This document shows, piece after piece, positions 28,101 to 36,791 of a stretch of 39,073 bases of DNA. Where the stretch lies: assembly GCA_001788565.1 (NCBI GenBank), contig MGCX01000004.1:1-39073 (forward strand). The letters are read 5' to 3'. This DNA is from Candidatus Saccharibacteria bacterium RIFCSPHIGHO2_12_FULL_49_19 (GTDB lineage: Bacteria; Patescibacteriota; Saccharimonadia; Saccharimonadales; UBA10212). Position numbers and translations under genes: made by a program. Every line of letters begins with the position of its first letter. The first letter of the stretch is position 1. A model generated the notes under the pieces. That model was not told where the DNA came from and made no database searches. It saw nothing but the letters and a program-made list of their open reading frames with translations.

Positions 28101-28918
28101 ATCTTTTTCTTACGCTGGCCCTTGGTTTCTTCAGCTTCTTTATTCAGGACCTTAATCAGCTTAGGCAGATCAATTTCATCCAACAGCTCTTTGATAGCCG
28201 CGCCGCCCATACCCACGGTAATAGTTTTTCTTAGTCCATCAGTTAGACTGCGATAGTCATTTTCAGAGAGTAATCGGAGTTTTTCGATACTATCAATCTG
28301 CTCAATGGCTGCTTCGTGCTCTTTAGCCAGAGTTTCCAGCTCCTTGGTCCGGGTCTCAGCCAGTTCTTTCACATCGGCGTTTTTAGCTTTAGCGGCCTTC
28401 TCATAACGGGCGCTAATCGCCTCTTGAGCGGCTGCAAACTTGGCCTCACTGTCAGCTTTGATTTTAGCTAGTTGTTTCTCATCAGCAGTCTTGATGACAT
28501 AGTTGGCAAAGTAAGCCACTCTCTCCAGATTCTTGACGGTCATACCCAATAACAACCCAATAGCGCTTGGTGTACCCCTCAAAAACCAGATGTGAGCGAC
28601 TGGCGTGGCTAGATTAATGTGACCCATCCGTTCACGGCGGACGATGCTCCTAGTTACCAGCTCGCCGTTTTTATCAACGGCCGCTTCACGAGATCTCACA
28701 CCCTTATATTTGGCATCGTGAGGATTGATGTCTTTAACCGGCCCGAAGATCCGTTCACAGAACAGGCCGTCACGCTCCGGTTTCTGGGTGCGGTAATTAA
28801 TAGTTTCCGGTTTGGTTACCTCACCGTAACTCCACTCCAAAATATCGTCCGGGCCGGCAATCGCCAGTCGGACGGCATCAAAGTCAGCGATGCTGGTTCC
28901 GCGGTGGTAGTGTCGCAT
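25121..28918 (-). CDS. rpoC: DNA-directed RNA polymerase beta-prime subunit (divergent)
   Basis: Start taken at the ATG at 28918 (MRHYHRG.., 1 nt after the rpoB stop). The ORF-track ATG at 28966 would overlap rpoB by 47 nt. Conserved [34 protein letters not shown] and [14 protein letters not shown]. Confidence 0.93.
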   Translation of the reverse strand: MRHYHRGTSIADFDAVRLAIAGPDDILEWSYGEVTKPETINYRTQKPERDGLFCERIFGPVKDINPHDAKYKGVRSREAAVDKNGELVTRSIVRRERMGHINLATPVAHIWFLRGTPSAIGLLLGMTVKNLERVAYFANYVIKTADEKQLAKIKADSEAKFAAAQEAISARYEKAAKAKNADVKELAETRTKELETLAKEHEAAIEQIDSIEKLRLLSENDYRSLTDGLRKTITVGMGGAAIKELLDEIDLPKLIKVLNKEAEETKGQRKKKIMKRLRLLESMQRAGIDPASMTVSVLPVIPPDLRPMVQLTGGRFATSDLNDLYRRVINRNNRLKKLMELNAPEVIRRNEQRMLQEAVDALIDNNNARSGRAVAATGQRRRLKSLSDMLKGKQGRFRQNLLGKRVDYSGRSVIVSGPELKMHQCGLPKMMALELFKPFVIGWLINQELAHNIRSATRMIEAGETAVWDALDEVIKGKYVLLNRAPSLHRLSIQAFHPVLIEGKAIQLHPLVCKGFGADFDGDQMAVHLPLSEASQAEATDIMAANKNLLKPADGSPILHIEQDIVLGCYYLTYTRPATKDAKPVPFEGVEELVMALDSRSIVLQTPVLVPFRGEMRETTAGRVLFNEIFPDDFPFQNETMTKKKLASVMAAAHKRYGQEATAVMADDLKDLGFHYATVSGLSIGMTDFSDLKELKQLVDEGEKRAAEISEQYEAGFITDDERYRLTVETWTDIDAKVEDALAKQFATEENTMSIAVNSGARGNISQMKDSVGMIGVRADATGRAMELPVRSNFKQGLAPLEYFTATRGTRKALIDIALRTADSGYLTRRLVDVAQDVFTVGAMADDPGFPIYRSDSEFVDAGFADRLEGRYTAESVGRHVKAKHPITREIAKAIEEDEAIESVRIMSALSCTSVRGVSRESYGVDLATGQLVASDYPIGVIAAQSIGEPGTQLSLDSKHRAGAVTATDDVTQGLTRVEELLEVRTPKGQAYLTDISGKVNVWEDGDHYVVQVTAVDQKAIRLPLAGRQAQVAEGEDVSIGDTIAAHEDGSEPITAPMAGKVHVTETSVTIKPLSTSVVRYEIPGFRQVLVKDGDEVVAGQRLTGGSINLHELMRLSGIEATQRYIMNEILHIFASQGQTIADKHLEVIIRQMFSRVQIEEAGDSEFITGDIVSKLAVVETNEQLAAAGKKLVKYNQLLLGITKASLSTDSFLSAASFQDTTRVLINAATSGKIDKLYGLKENVILGRQIPVGTGARQPEGTDEA

Positions 28919-28919
28919 A

Positions 28920-31900
28920 TTAACTCTTACCTTTCTTGGAGGCAGCCGCCAGACCTTCTTCATCAATGGTCAGATCGCCGGGGTCCTCCACTTCCATAGA
29001 TGAAAAGTCATTAGCGACAGCCGCTTCGGTTACATCGGTATCATCTACTGAAGTTTGCGGCGGTTGGATGGTCGCCGGGTGCTTGGCTTCATCACGGATG
29101 TTCAGGGCTAGAACCGTTTCGGCGTCAATAACCTTGTTGTCGGCCAAAAGGTCAACCTTTAGACCCAGCCCCTGGAGCTCCTTGACTAAGACATTGAAGC
29201 TTTCCGGAACCTTTGGACCTTGGATTTCCACGCCTTTGATGATTGATTCATAGGCCTTGGCACGCCCATAAACATCGTCCGATTTAATAGTTAGCATCTC
29301 TTGTAAAGTGTTGGCCGCCCCATAAGCTTCCAGGGCCCAAACCTCCATCTCTCCAAAGCGCTGACCGCCGTTTTGGGCTTTGCCGCCGAGCGGCTGTTGA
29401 GTAACCATAGTATAGGGCCCCGTTGAGCGGGCATGAATCTTGTCACTAACCATATGATCGAGCTTGATTATGTACATGCTTCCCACAGTGGTTCGCTCAG
29501 AGAAAGGTTCACCGGTGCGGCCGTCAAACAGCTGCTGCTTGCCGTCCTCGGGCAGTTTCGCCTCCTTAAGCAGCGACTGGATCTTCGGGGTTGAGACTCC
29601 ATTGAAAGCCGGGCTGGCGACTTTTATCCCCAGTGCTCTGGCAGCCATACCTAAGTGGGTTTCAAACAGCTGTCCGATATTCATTCGAGAAGGTACCCCT
29701 AACGGGTTTAAGATAATGTCAATCGGTGTGCCGTCTTGTGTAAATGGCATGTCTTCGATCGGTAGAATACGGGCGATTACCCCCTTGTTGCCGTGACGGC
29801 CTCCCAGTTTATCGCCGACCTCAATTTTGCGCATTTGGGCAACGAACACTTGGATCTGCATGATGACACCGGCTTTGAGCTCATGGCCGGAAGCCCTGGA
29901 AAAGACCTTTACGCCGACGACTTTACCGTGGCGGCCGGTACTCATCCGCTGAGAGGTATCGCGCACCTCCTTGGCTTTTTCGCCGAAGATCGCCCGCAGT
30001 AAACGCTCCTCGCTGGAGAGCTCCTGCTCACCTTTGGGAGTAATTTTACCTACCAGAATATCTCCCGGATGGACCTCAGCGCCAATCCGCACGATACCGT
30101 CCTCGTCCAGATGGCGGAGGGATTCTTCGCTAACATTAGGGATGTCACGAGTGACAATTTCCGGCCCCAGCTTGGTTTCACGAACTTCTGTCATATAGTC
30201 AACGATGTGAATCGAGGTTAAGGTGTCATCCTCAACCAGTTTGCGGCTAATGATAATGGCGTCTTCAAAGTTGTAACCAGCCCATGGCATGAAGGCAACC
30301 AGCAAGTCTTTGCCAAGGGCCAGTTCGCCGTCGGCTAAACTCATGCCCTCTACGATAACCTGCCCTGCTTTGACACGGTCGCCGGTATTGACTTTGACGA
30401 TCTGGTTTATACAGCTCCCGTCATTGCTCCGAGCAAAATGGACCGGGTGATAGGTCGCCGATTTGCCGTTTTTATACTTAACGGTTAGTTCATCGGCGCT
30501 GGCTGAGGTTACTCGCCCGTCACCCTCAGCTAGTATCAGCTGCCCGGTGTTGTGAGCGACAACTGACTCAAACCCGGTGCCGACAATCGGAGTTTCCGGC
30601 CTAATTAGAGGGACTGCCTGACGCTGTTGGTTAGCTCCCATCAACGATCTAAGAACATAGTTTTTCTCAATAAAAGGTACCAATCCGGCGCTGGAACCGA
30701 TGGTTTGGGACCGCGAAGCATCCATATGGGTCACCTCGTTAGCGTCAACTTCACCCGGAGCCAGGTGTATCCGGGCGCTAACCCTAGAATGCTTGAAGTA
30801 GCCATTCTCATCTATTTCGTTACCGGCGCCAGCGATTACGGCCGATTCTTCCTCAGACGCGTCGAGATATACAATCTTCTCAGTCACTTTTGCCTTGACC
30901 GGCCAGGTAGTTCGGTTTTTGGCGGCAGCTAAGCGCTTTGCGGTAGCTGAAGTTATCACTTGCCCGCGCTTAACAATCAACGTGCCTCGCTCATTTTCCA
31001 GATTTGCGGCGGCGATGTGGCCGGCGGCTTCTCGGGCCGTGGCGGCATTTATAACTTTACGGTAAGGAGTTGCTATAAAGCCGTACTCATTGATGTGCGC
31101 GTAGCTTGCTAAATTGAGTACCAAGCCAATGTTAGCGCCCTCAGGAGTCTCGACCGGGCAAATCCGGCCGTAGTGAGTCGAATGGGCATCGCGGACTTCA
31201 AAGCCGGCTCGCTCGCGCGAGAGGCCACCGGGACCCATGGAGCTAAGGCGTCTCTTGTGGGCTAATTCGCTCAAAGGATTGGTTTGGTCCATGAACTGAG
31301 ACAGCTGTGAGCTGGCAAAGAATTCCCGCACTGCCGCCACCACTGGGCGGGCATTGATAAGCTGAGCCGGCGTCACAGTTTCGATGTCGCTCATACTCAT
31401 ACGGTCTTTGGCGTTACGTTCCATGCGAAGCAGTCCAATTCTAAACTGCCTCTGTATCAGCTCCCCGACTAGTTTGACTCGGCGATTAGCCAGTGAATCT
31501 ATCTCATCGGCTGGTTCTTGAGTGACGTTGAGACGGATGATCTCAGAGATGATCGCCAACAGATCATTAATTCCCATCACCCTATTTTCTATAGTGTTAG
31601 GGGTCTTAAGATTAAGCCGTTTGTTAATCTTGTAGCGCCCGACTTTGCCGAAATCAAAACGCTTGAAGTTGTAGAACATGTTTTCCAGCAGATTGCGGGC
31701 GTTCTCTACGGTAGCTAAATCACCCGGCCGCAGGCGGCGATAAACCTCGATTAAGGCTTCGCTGGTATTGGTTGAGGGGTCTTTTTCTAAAGTTACGTCA
31801 ATCTGCCTGATTTCACCCTGATCGACATGAGCAAAACTTTTTTTAATCTGCTGTTCACTAAGACCCAGAGCTTTTAGGAGCGTGGTGACGGCGATTTTGC

Positions 31901-32477
31901 GTTTGCGATCAATTTTTACATACAACGCGCCGCCGTTGGCCGATTCGAACTCCAGCCAAGCGCCGCGCACCGGAATCACCTTAGCCCCGTAAAGATTAGT
32001 TGTGCCGCGTGATTCAGCGGTGAAAAATACCCCCGAAGATCGGATTAATTGGCTGACTACGACACGCTCCGCTCCATTTATGACGAATGTGCCGCGGGAA
32101 GTCATCCACGGATAGTCACCAAGGTAGATTTCCTGATCTTTGACTTGACCGGTGACTTTGTTGGTCAACTCAATGGTGGCCTTAAGCGGCGCTTCGTAGC
32201 TGACGTTATTTTCCCGAGCCTCAGATTCGGTCATTTTGGGATCCTCAAAGCGGTATCCCTTAAAACGGATGCTCAGCTTGGTGCCGGTATAGTCATCAAT
32301 CGGGCTGATTTCAGACAACAGCTCGCCCAGCCCGTCTTCTACGAACCACCGGAATGAACTATTCTGGTGGTCCACCAGATTCGGCGGATTGATTACATCA
32401 TCGGACTTGGTGAAATATACTCGCTTAGTTAAAACCCCTGCTTTTTTGGCCGTCAAAAGCAATGCTCCCTTGCTCAA
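28920..32477 (-). CDS. rpoB: DNA-directed RNA polymerase beta subunit
   Basis: 1185 aa, TTG start. FMDQTNPLSELAHKRRLS (Rif region), GRHGNKGV, GEMEVWALEAYGA. Confidence 0.95.
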   Translation of the reverse strand: MSKGALLLTAKKAGVLTKRVYFTKSDDVINPPNLVDHQNSSFRWFVEDGLGELLSEISPIDDYTGTKLSIRFKGYRFEDPKMTESEARENNVSYEAPLKATIELTNKVTGQVKDQEIYLGDYPWMTSRGTFVINGAERVVVSQLIRSSGVFFTAESRGTTNLYGAKVIPVRGAWLEFESANGGALYVKIDRKRKIAVTTLLKALGLSEQQIKKSFAHVDQGEIRQIDVTLEKDPSTNTSEALIEVYRRLRPGDLATVENARNLLENMFYNFKRFDFGKVGRYKINKRLNLKTPNTIENRVMGINDLLAIISEIIRLNVTQEPADEIDSLANRRVKLVGELIQRQFRIGLLRMERNAKDRMSMSDIETVTPAQLINARPVVAAVREFFASSQLSQFMDQTNPLSELAHKRRLSSMGPGGLSRERAGFEVRDAHSTHYGRICPVETPEGANIGLVLNLASYAHINEYGFIATPYRKVINAATAREAAGHIAAANLENERGTLIVKRGQVITSATAKRLAAAKNRTTWPVKAKVTEKIVYLDASEEESAVIAGAGNEIDENGYFKHSRVSARIHLAPGEVDANEVTHMDASRSQTIGSSAGLVPFIEKNYVLRSLMGANQQRQAVPLIRPETPIVGTGFESVVAHNTGQLILAEGDGRVTSASADELTVKYKNGKSATYHPVHFARSNDGSCINQIVKVNTGDRVKAGQVIVEGMSLADGELALGKDLLVAFMPWAGYNFEDAIIISRKLVEDDTLTSIHIVDYMTEVRETKLGPEIVTRDIPNVSEESLRHLDEDGIVRIGAEVHPGDILVGKITPKGEQELSSEERLLRAIFGEKAKEVRDTSQRMSTGRHGKVVGVKVFSRASGHELKAGVIMQIQVFVAQMRKIEVGDKLGGRHGNKGVIARILPIEDMPFTQDGTPIDIILNPLGVPSRMNIGQLFETHLGMAARALGIKVASPAFNGVSTPKIQSLLKEAKLPEDGKQQLFDGRTGEPFSERTTVGSMYIIKLDHMVSDKIHARSTGPYTMVTQQPLGGKAQNGGQRFGEMEVWALEAYGAANTLQEMLTIKSDDVYGRAKAYESIIKGVEIQGPKVPESFNVLVKELQGLGLKVDLLADNKVIDAETVLALNIRDEAKHPATIQPPQTSVDDTDVTEAAVANDFSSMEVEDPGDLTIDEEGLAAASKKGKS

Positions 32478-32659
32478 ATTACATTTTTCAGATTAGATGT
32501 TTCGCTTTTGGTGTGCGAAGCCCACTACGTTCGGCGCCGATAGATTTGTGACAAATAAATACAGCAAGCACCAAAGTACACTACTTCTTACAAACAGAAT
32601 ACAGAATCAAGAAGAAAGAATCAAGTTACAGTTATAAAAAACGTTGTAGAATTTACAGT

Positions 32660-32714
32660 CCCGCCGGGAGGCGGGGAGGACGTTCCTTGTGACAAAGTTA
32701 CAAGGTGCGTCCTC
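32660..32714 (-). terminator. Tandem GC-rich hairpins downstream of clpP (possible terminator)
   Basis: Minus strand reads GAGGACG..ACCTTGT..ACAAGG..CGTCCTC, then CCCGCC-TCCC-GGCGGG. A T6 run follows only about 20 nt later. Confidence 0.35.
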
Positions 32715-33317
32715 TTAACGATGCTGTATCACTTTATCCACCAGGCCGTACTTCTTGGCATCTTCGGCTGTCATCCAGTAATCACGGTCCACGTCTTTTT
32801 CAATCTTGCTGACAGGTTGACCGGTGTTTTTGGCCAGTAGCTCATTTAGCAGTTTTTTGAGCCTAATTCCTTCGCGCAGGTCAATCTCTAGGTCAGTTAT
32901 CTTGGCGCGTTCAGCGGCCGAACTCGGCTGGTGGATCATCACTGTGGCATGCGGTAACAACAGACGCTTACCTTTGGCGCCTGAGCTTAACAGAAAAGCC
33001 GCCGCACTGGCGTTGACACCTATGCCAACGGTTTGCACATCGCATTTCACATATTGCATAGTGTCATAGATAGCAAAGGCGTTATAGACACTACCGCCGG
33101 GGCTATTAATGTAAAAGATAATGTCTTTATCGGGATCTTGATTCTCTAAAAAAAGCATCTGGGCAACGATCAGGTTAGCGGTATGCTCATTAACATCATC
33201 TCCCAAAAAGATAACACGATCTTTCAGCAGGCGGCTGTAAATATCATAAGCCCGTTCGTAGCGGCCTTCCTGCTCAATGACTGTAGGAACCAAAATCTGA
33301 CTAGTTAGTTTGCTCAT
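32715..33317 (-). CDS. clpP: ATP-dependent Clp protease proteolytic subunit
   Basis: 200 aa. Ser-His-Asp positions retained ([25 protein letters not shown]). Confidence 0.93.
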   Translation of the reverse strand: MSKLTSQILVPTVIEQEGRYERAYDIYSRLLKDRVIFLGDDVNEHTANLIVAQMLFLENQDPDKDIIFYINSPGGSVYNAFAIYDTMQYVKCDVQTVGIGVNASAAAFLLSSGAKGKRLLLPHATVMIHQPSSAAERAKITDLEIDLREGIRLKKLLNELLAKNTGQPVSKIEKDVDRDYWMTAEDAKKYGLVDKVIQHR

Positions 33318-33326
33318 ATGCTATCA

Positions 33327-33356
33327 ATTGTACGAAAGTTAGCACTCACAAGTCAA
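33327..33356 (-). promoter_or_regulatory. Candidate clpP promoter
   Basis: Minus strand reads TTGACT-18 nt-TACAAT. The -10 ends 9 nt before the clpP ATG and there is no SD. Confidence 0.5.
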
Positions 33357-33365
33357 GAGTGCCAA
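33339..33365. promoter_or_regulatory. CIRCE-type inverted repeat (putative HrcA operator)
   Basis: TTAGCACTC-N9-GAGTGCCAA versus the consensus TTAGCACTC-N9-GAGTGCTAA (17/18). Overlaps the -35 and spacer of the clpP promoter. Confidence 0.7.
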
Positions 33366-33461
33366 CTGCACTCGCCTGCCCCGCACCAAAACCTGAGCTT
33401 AAGTAGTTGATAATCGGATTATGGAGCATCAAGTTTTTGGTGCTGGGGTCAACCCAGAGTG

Positions 33462-33857
33462 CTAATCAATTGGTTCGATGTGCCAAACTGGTCTTTTTTC
33501 AAGAGTAAGTTGGCTTTGTAGGAAAAAGACACCTACCGGCTCTCTAAACCAACTGCTCCCACGATCCATATCCTGATGCCAAGGTGTAGCTTTTTTAGGT
33601 ATCCCTTCGCCTGCGCCTAATCTCAAAAAGGGAGGCAGCCTTTTAACTTTTGAACGGGGTAGCCGTTCGATTACCGGATTGTCATACTGGCCAATGATTC
33701 TATCCAGCACCTCAATAACTTGGCTAAAGCGGTCTGTCTCCCCGTTAAATCCGTGGATGGCGAGGCGGGCCATTACCGCAGATTCTCTAAAATGGCCGTG
33801 GGGGTTGAAATTTTCGACTCTCACGTCGTAAACCGGCTCGAAGTTACTTACTCGCAT
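33462..33857 (-). CDS. Hypothetical 131-aa protein between tig and clpP
   Basis: The ATG at 33857 overlaps the tig end by 14 nt (the ORF-track start at 33866 is TTG). Cys-free and looks globular. No family recognised. Confidence 0.45.
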   Translation of the reverse strand: MRVSNFEPVYDVRVENFNPHGHFRESAVMARLAIHGFNGETDRFSQVIEVLDRIIGQYDNPVIERLPRSKVKRLPPFLRLGAGEGIPKKATPWHQDMDRGSSWFREPVGVFFLQSQLTLEKRPVWHIEPID

Positions 33858-35124
33858 ATTGAACAATCTTGCTTATGGTTTTTTCGGTCAGCAGGCGGGC
33901 AGTAATATCAGATCTAGCTTCGGGCTTGTCTAGTTCAGCCTGCATTGCTGGATCCTGGTACTGCTCTTTAAGCATCCGGAGTCGGACTTCTAATTCCTCG
34001 GGCGTTACTTTAAGACTCTCTCTTTCAGCTATCTCACTAAGCACTAGGCCGGCCTTAACACGGGCCTCGGCCTGCGGGCGCTGGCGTTCACGGTGCTGCT
34101 CTTCAGTAATGCCCTCTTCGGTTAAATGTTCTTGCCAGGTTTGGCCTCGGTAGGTCAAATTACGTTTTTCCTCTTCCTCCATAGCAACAATCTGTTCATC
34201 AACCATTGATTTTGGGATATCTACGCTGGAGCCTCCGGCAATACGGCTAATCAGCTCGTTCTCGAGGTTACGCTGAGCGTTTAACTCACGCTCTGAGCGC
34301 AGCTGCTTTTTGACATCCGCTTTTAGCTCAGCCAGTGTCTTGAAAGGACCGGCTTTTTGAGCTAGCTCATCATCCAGTTTAGGCAATTTCATTTCGCTGA
34401 CCTTTTTAACATCCGTCTTAAAAGTCACTTTTTTACCTCGCAGGGCGCTAACCCCGTAATTTTTGGGGAACGTTAGGGTAAATTCGGCACTCTGGCCGGA
34501 CTTAACGCCAATCAAGTTTTCTTCAAAACCGGGTATGAACTGGCTGGAGCCCAGGATTAGAGGGTAGTCCTTACCTTTAGCGCCGCTAACTGGCTGATTC
34601 TTGTGGTCAAAGCCGGAAAAATCAATCACCACTTCGTCGCCGAGTTTTGCCGGCCTGTCGGTTTCGGAGCGTTGAGCCAAGCGGGTCTGCAAGGAAGTGA
34701 GGACCTCTTTAACATCCTGGGCAGTAACTGTTACTTTGGGCTTGGGCAGCTTGATTTTCTTATAATCTGGCAGGCTTACTTTGCCGACAACCTCAGCCTC
34801 TACCTCGAATTCCAGCTGAGAATACGGCACAAATTTTTTAAGCTTGACGTCCGGAGCGGCTACCGGCCGTAGATCTTCGGTTTCCAGCGCCTTCCGGTAC
34901 AACCCATTCATGGCGTGATCCAGGAATTCATCAGCTAACGCTTTTTGATCGACTTGTTTTTCAATTATTCTCGCCGGAGTCCTACCAGCTCGAAAACCGG
35001 GTACTTTTACGCTCCGTGCAAAGTGCCCCAAGACATGCTGTTTTATGGACTCCAGCTCTTGTTGATTAGCCGTGATTTTGAGCTTTACCTGTGTTGGACT
35101 GAGAGTAGTTCTGGAAATCTGCAT
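33844..35124 (-). CDS. tig: Trigger factor
   Basis: 426 aa. N-terminal ribosome-binding signature PGFRAGRTP, with a central FKBP-like domain. Confidence 0.93.
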   Translation of the reverse strand: MQISRTTLSPTQVKLKITANQQELESIKQHVLGHFARSVKVPGFRAGRTPARIIEKQVDQKALADEFLDHAMNGLYRKALETEDLRPVAAPDVKLKKFVPYSQLEFEVEAEVVGKVSLPDYKKIKLPKPKVTVTAQDVKEVLTSLQTRLAQRSETDRPAKLGDEVVIDFSGFDHKNQPVSGAKGKDYPLILGSSQFIPGFEENLIGVKSGQSAEFTLTFPKNYGVSALRGKKVTFKTDVKKVSEMKLPKLDDELAQKAGPFKTLAELKADVKKQLRSERELNAQRNLENELISRIAGGSSVDIPKSMVDEQIVAMEEEEKRNLTYRGQTWQEHLTEEGITEEQHRERQRPQAEARVKAGLVLSEIAERESLKVTPEELEVRLRMLKEQYQDPAMQAELDKPEARSDITARLLTEKTISKIVQYASK

Positions 35125-35135
35125 TGCGCTTTAAG

Positions 35136-35375
35136 CTAGCTTTGTGCGGGAGGCGTTTTAGTATCTTCAGGTTCTGGTCCGTCGTCTCTGGTGGTTTGTG
35201 CTTCAGCCATTGCCGCATCTAAAGAAAGTTGTGCAGCCGCCCAGAACCTCCGATCCCTTAATTCTCTCTGAAATTCATCTTGTGGAGTCAAGCTGTCTCG
35301 TCTTCTGGGTAGATCGCTCGCCATGGATTGATGTTCAAAAGGCAAGAAAAACTCCCTATATCCTCCGTGCGCCAT
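35136..35375 (-). CDS. Hypothetical 79-aa protein between hisS and tig
   Basis: The ATG lies 7 nt after the hisS TAG (AGGGG upstream). The stop lies 11 nt before tig, which has no SD. Charged, with a Pro/Glu-rich C-terminus. Confidence 0.4.
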   Translation of the reverse strand: MAHGGYREFFLPFEHQSMASDLPRRRDSLTPQDEFQRELRDRRFWAAAQLSLDAAMAEAQTTRDDGPEPEDTKTPPAQS

Positions 35376-35382
35376 ATAGCCC

Positions 35383-36705
35383 CTATACTACCCCTCTATT
35401 TGGCCGGTGGCGGGGAGCAATTTTAGCTACGATCCGCTCCAGACTTAATTCTTGCTCGTTGCCAGTGGCCAGGTCTTTTAATTTAAATCTTCGTCCGGTC
35501 AGCTCGTCATGACCAATAAAGATTACATAGGGAACTCCGGACTTGGCAGCGCTTTTGATCCGCGAGTCCAGTCGACGCTGGGTAGTATCTACCGCCATCC
35601 TGAGTCCTTCTTCGCGAAAATTAGCCAGCGTTTTTTGTACAGTCTCATAAATGTCACCGATAAGTATCACAACGGCATCGGTCTCCGGAGCCAGTTCCGG
35701 CAGCAGCTTGTGAATCTTTAAGAAGTTAGAGAGAGTTACATCGCCCATCCCAAATCCGACAGTCGGTACCGGATCCACGCCGAACTCCGCGACCAATCCG
35801 TCGTAGCGGCCGCCGCCGAACATTGAGCGATTATTGTCCGGATGTTTATCAAAAACCTCAAAAACGATGTTGGTGTAGTAATCAAGACCTCGCGCCAAAC
35901 TAAGATCAAAAGTTACATTGGCGATCCCGCTGTTCTGGAGTAAGTTAATCAGCTTCTCAAGTTCACCAACTGCCGGATGCTGCTGCGTAACCAGCGGCAG
36001 CTCAACTAAGCGCTTTACTTTTAGCAGGGCTACTAGTCTTTGGAGGGTATCAGTCTCACGCTGGGTTGGCGTAAGCAGAGATTCGGCTAGCGAACTAAAC
36101 TCCTTGGCGCTGATCTTTTCCGAACGGTCAATTAGCCGCATGAAGGATACCGCTTGAGAATGTTCCAGTCTCAGATACTCCAGCATAAGCCAGTTAAGAA
36201 GCAGTCGGCTGTTGATCCGTATTTCGTATGAGTCGCGTTTGGCTCCAAAAGTTCGTAAGATTGAGTCGGCAACTAGAATAATCTCGTGATCGCCGGGTAA
36301 ATCGGAGACCCCAAATAAATCGACATTTAGCTGCCAGTGTTCCCTCAAACGGCCGGCCTGGGGGCGCTCATAGCGCCACAAATTAGGGATGCTGTACCAA
36401 CGCAACGGATAAGCCAGTTCCTGACGACGGCCAGCCACCATCCGGCTGACCGATGGTGTCATATCGGGCCGTATCGTTACGCTTCGTCCGCCTCGGTCGG
36501 TAAAACTATAGGTCTGCTCATTGACGATCTCTTCACTGGTCTTAGCGATATAGATATCTATTGGCTCCAGTATCGGGGCGTCGTACTCCTGATAGCCAAA
36601 ACTCTCCACGACTCGGCGCAAAACCGAGAACATATATTTTTGGACTCGTTTATCCTCTGGATAAAAATCCCTAGCACCCCGATAAGGCTGGGTCGGCAAA
36701 CTCAT
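35383..36705 (-). CDS. hisS: Histidine--tRNA ligase
   Basis: 440 aa. Class II HisRS motifs (RYERPQAGRLREHWQ, GGGRYDGL). Confidence 0.93.
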   Translation of the reverse strand: MSLPTQPYRGARDFYPEDKRVQKYMFSVLRRVVESFGYQEYDAPILEPIDIYIAKTSEEIVNEQTYSFTDRGGRSVTIRPDMTPSVSRMVAGRRQELAYPLRWYSIPNLWRYERPQAGRLREHWQLNVDLFGVSDLPGDHEIILVADSILRTFGAKRDSYEIRINSRLLLNWLMLEYLRLEHSQAVSFMRLIDRSEKISAKEFSSLAESLLTPTQRETDTLQRLVALLKVKRLVELPLVTQQHPAVGELEKLINLLQNSGIANVTFDLSLARGLDYYTNIVFEVFDKHPDNNRSMFGGGRYDGLVAEFGVDPVPTVGFGMGDVTLSNFLKIHKLLPELAPETDAVVILIGDIYETVQKTLANFREEGLRMAVDTTQRRLDSRIKSAAKSGVPYVIFIGHDELTGRRFKLKDLATGNEQELSLERIVAKIAPRHRPNRGVV

Positions 36706-36715
36706 AGTTGCTTTA

Positions 36716-36744
36716 ATTATACGTTACTTCCGGGGTTGCTAAAT
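36716..36744 (-). promoter_or_regulatory. Candidate hisS promoter
   Basis: Minus strand reads TTTAGC-16 nt-TATAAT. The -10 ends 10 nt before the hisS ATG. Confidence 0.3.
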
Positions 36745-36764
36745 GGCCAGTGTCGTGCGATATT
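36736..36764 (+). promoter_or_regulatory. Candidate divergent promoter for the membrane protein gene
   Basis: TTGCTA-17 nt-GATATT, 27 nt upstream of the ATG at 36792. Confidence 0.25.
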
Positions 36765-36791
36765 CGTAGCTAGATAAACAATCGAAGTAGT

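Noticed and set aside
19011-28723. The idea that the Cys-rich small proteins supply zinc modules in trans to the Cys-less beta-prime or L36.
   Set aside because: This is pure speculation. There is no sequence similarity between the inserts and the lost zinc domains, and no evidence of interaction is visible in the sequence.
28919-28966. Longer rpoC start (MMKKVWRLPP...) overlapping rpoB by 47 nt.
   Set aside because: The extension has no counterpart in beta-prime N-termini. The ATG at 28918 sits 1 nt after the rpoB stop. It is kept as an alternative only.
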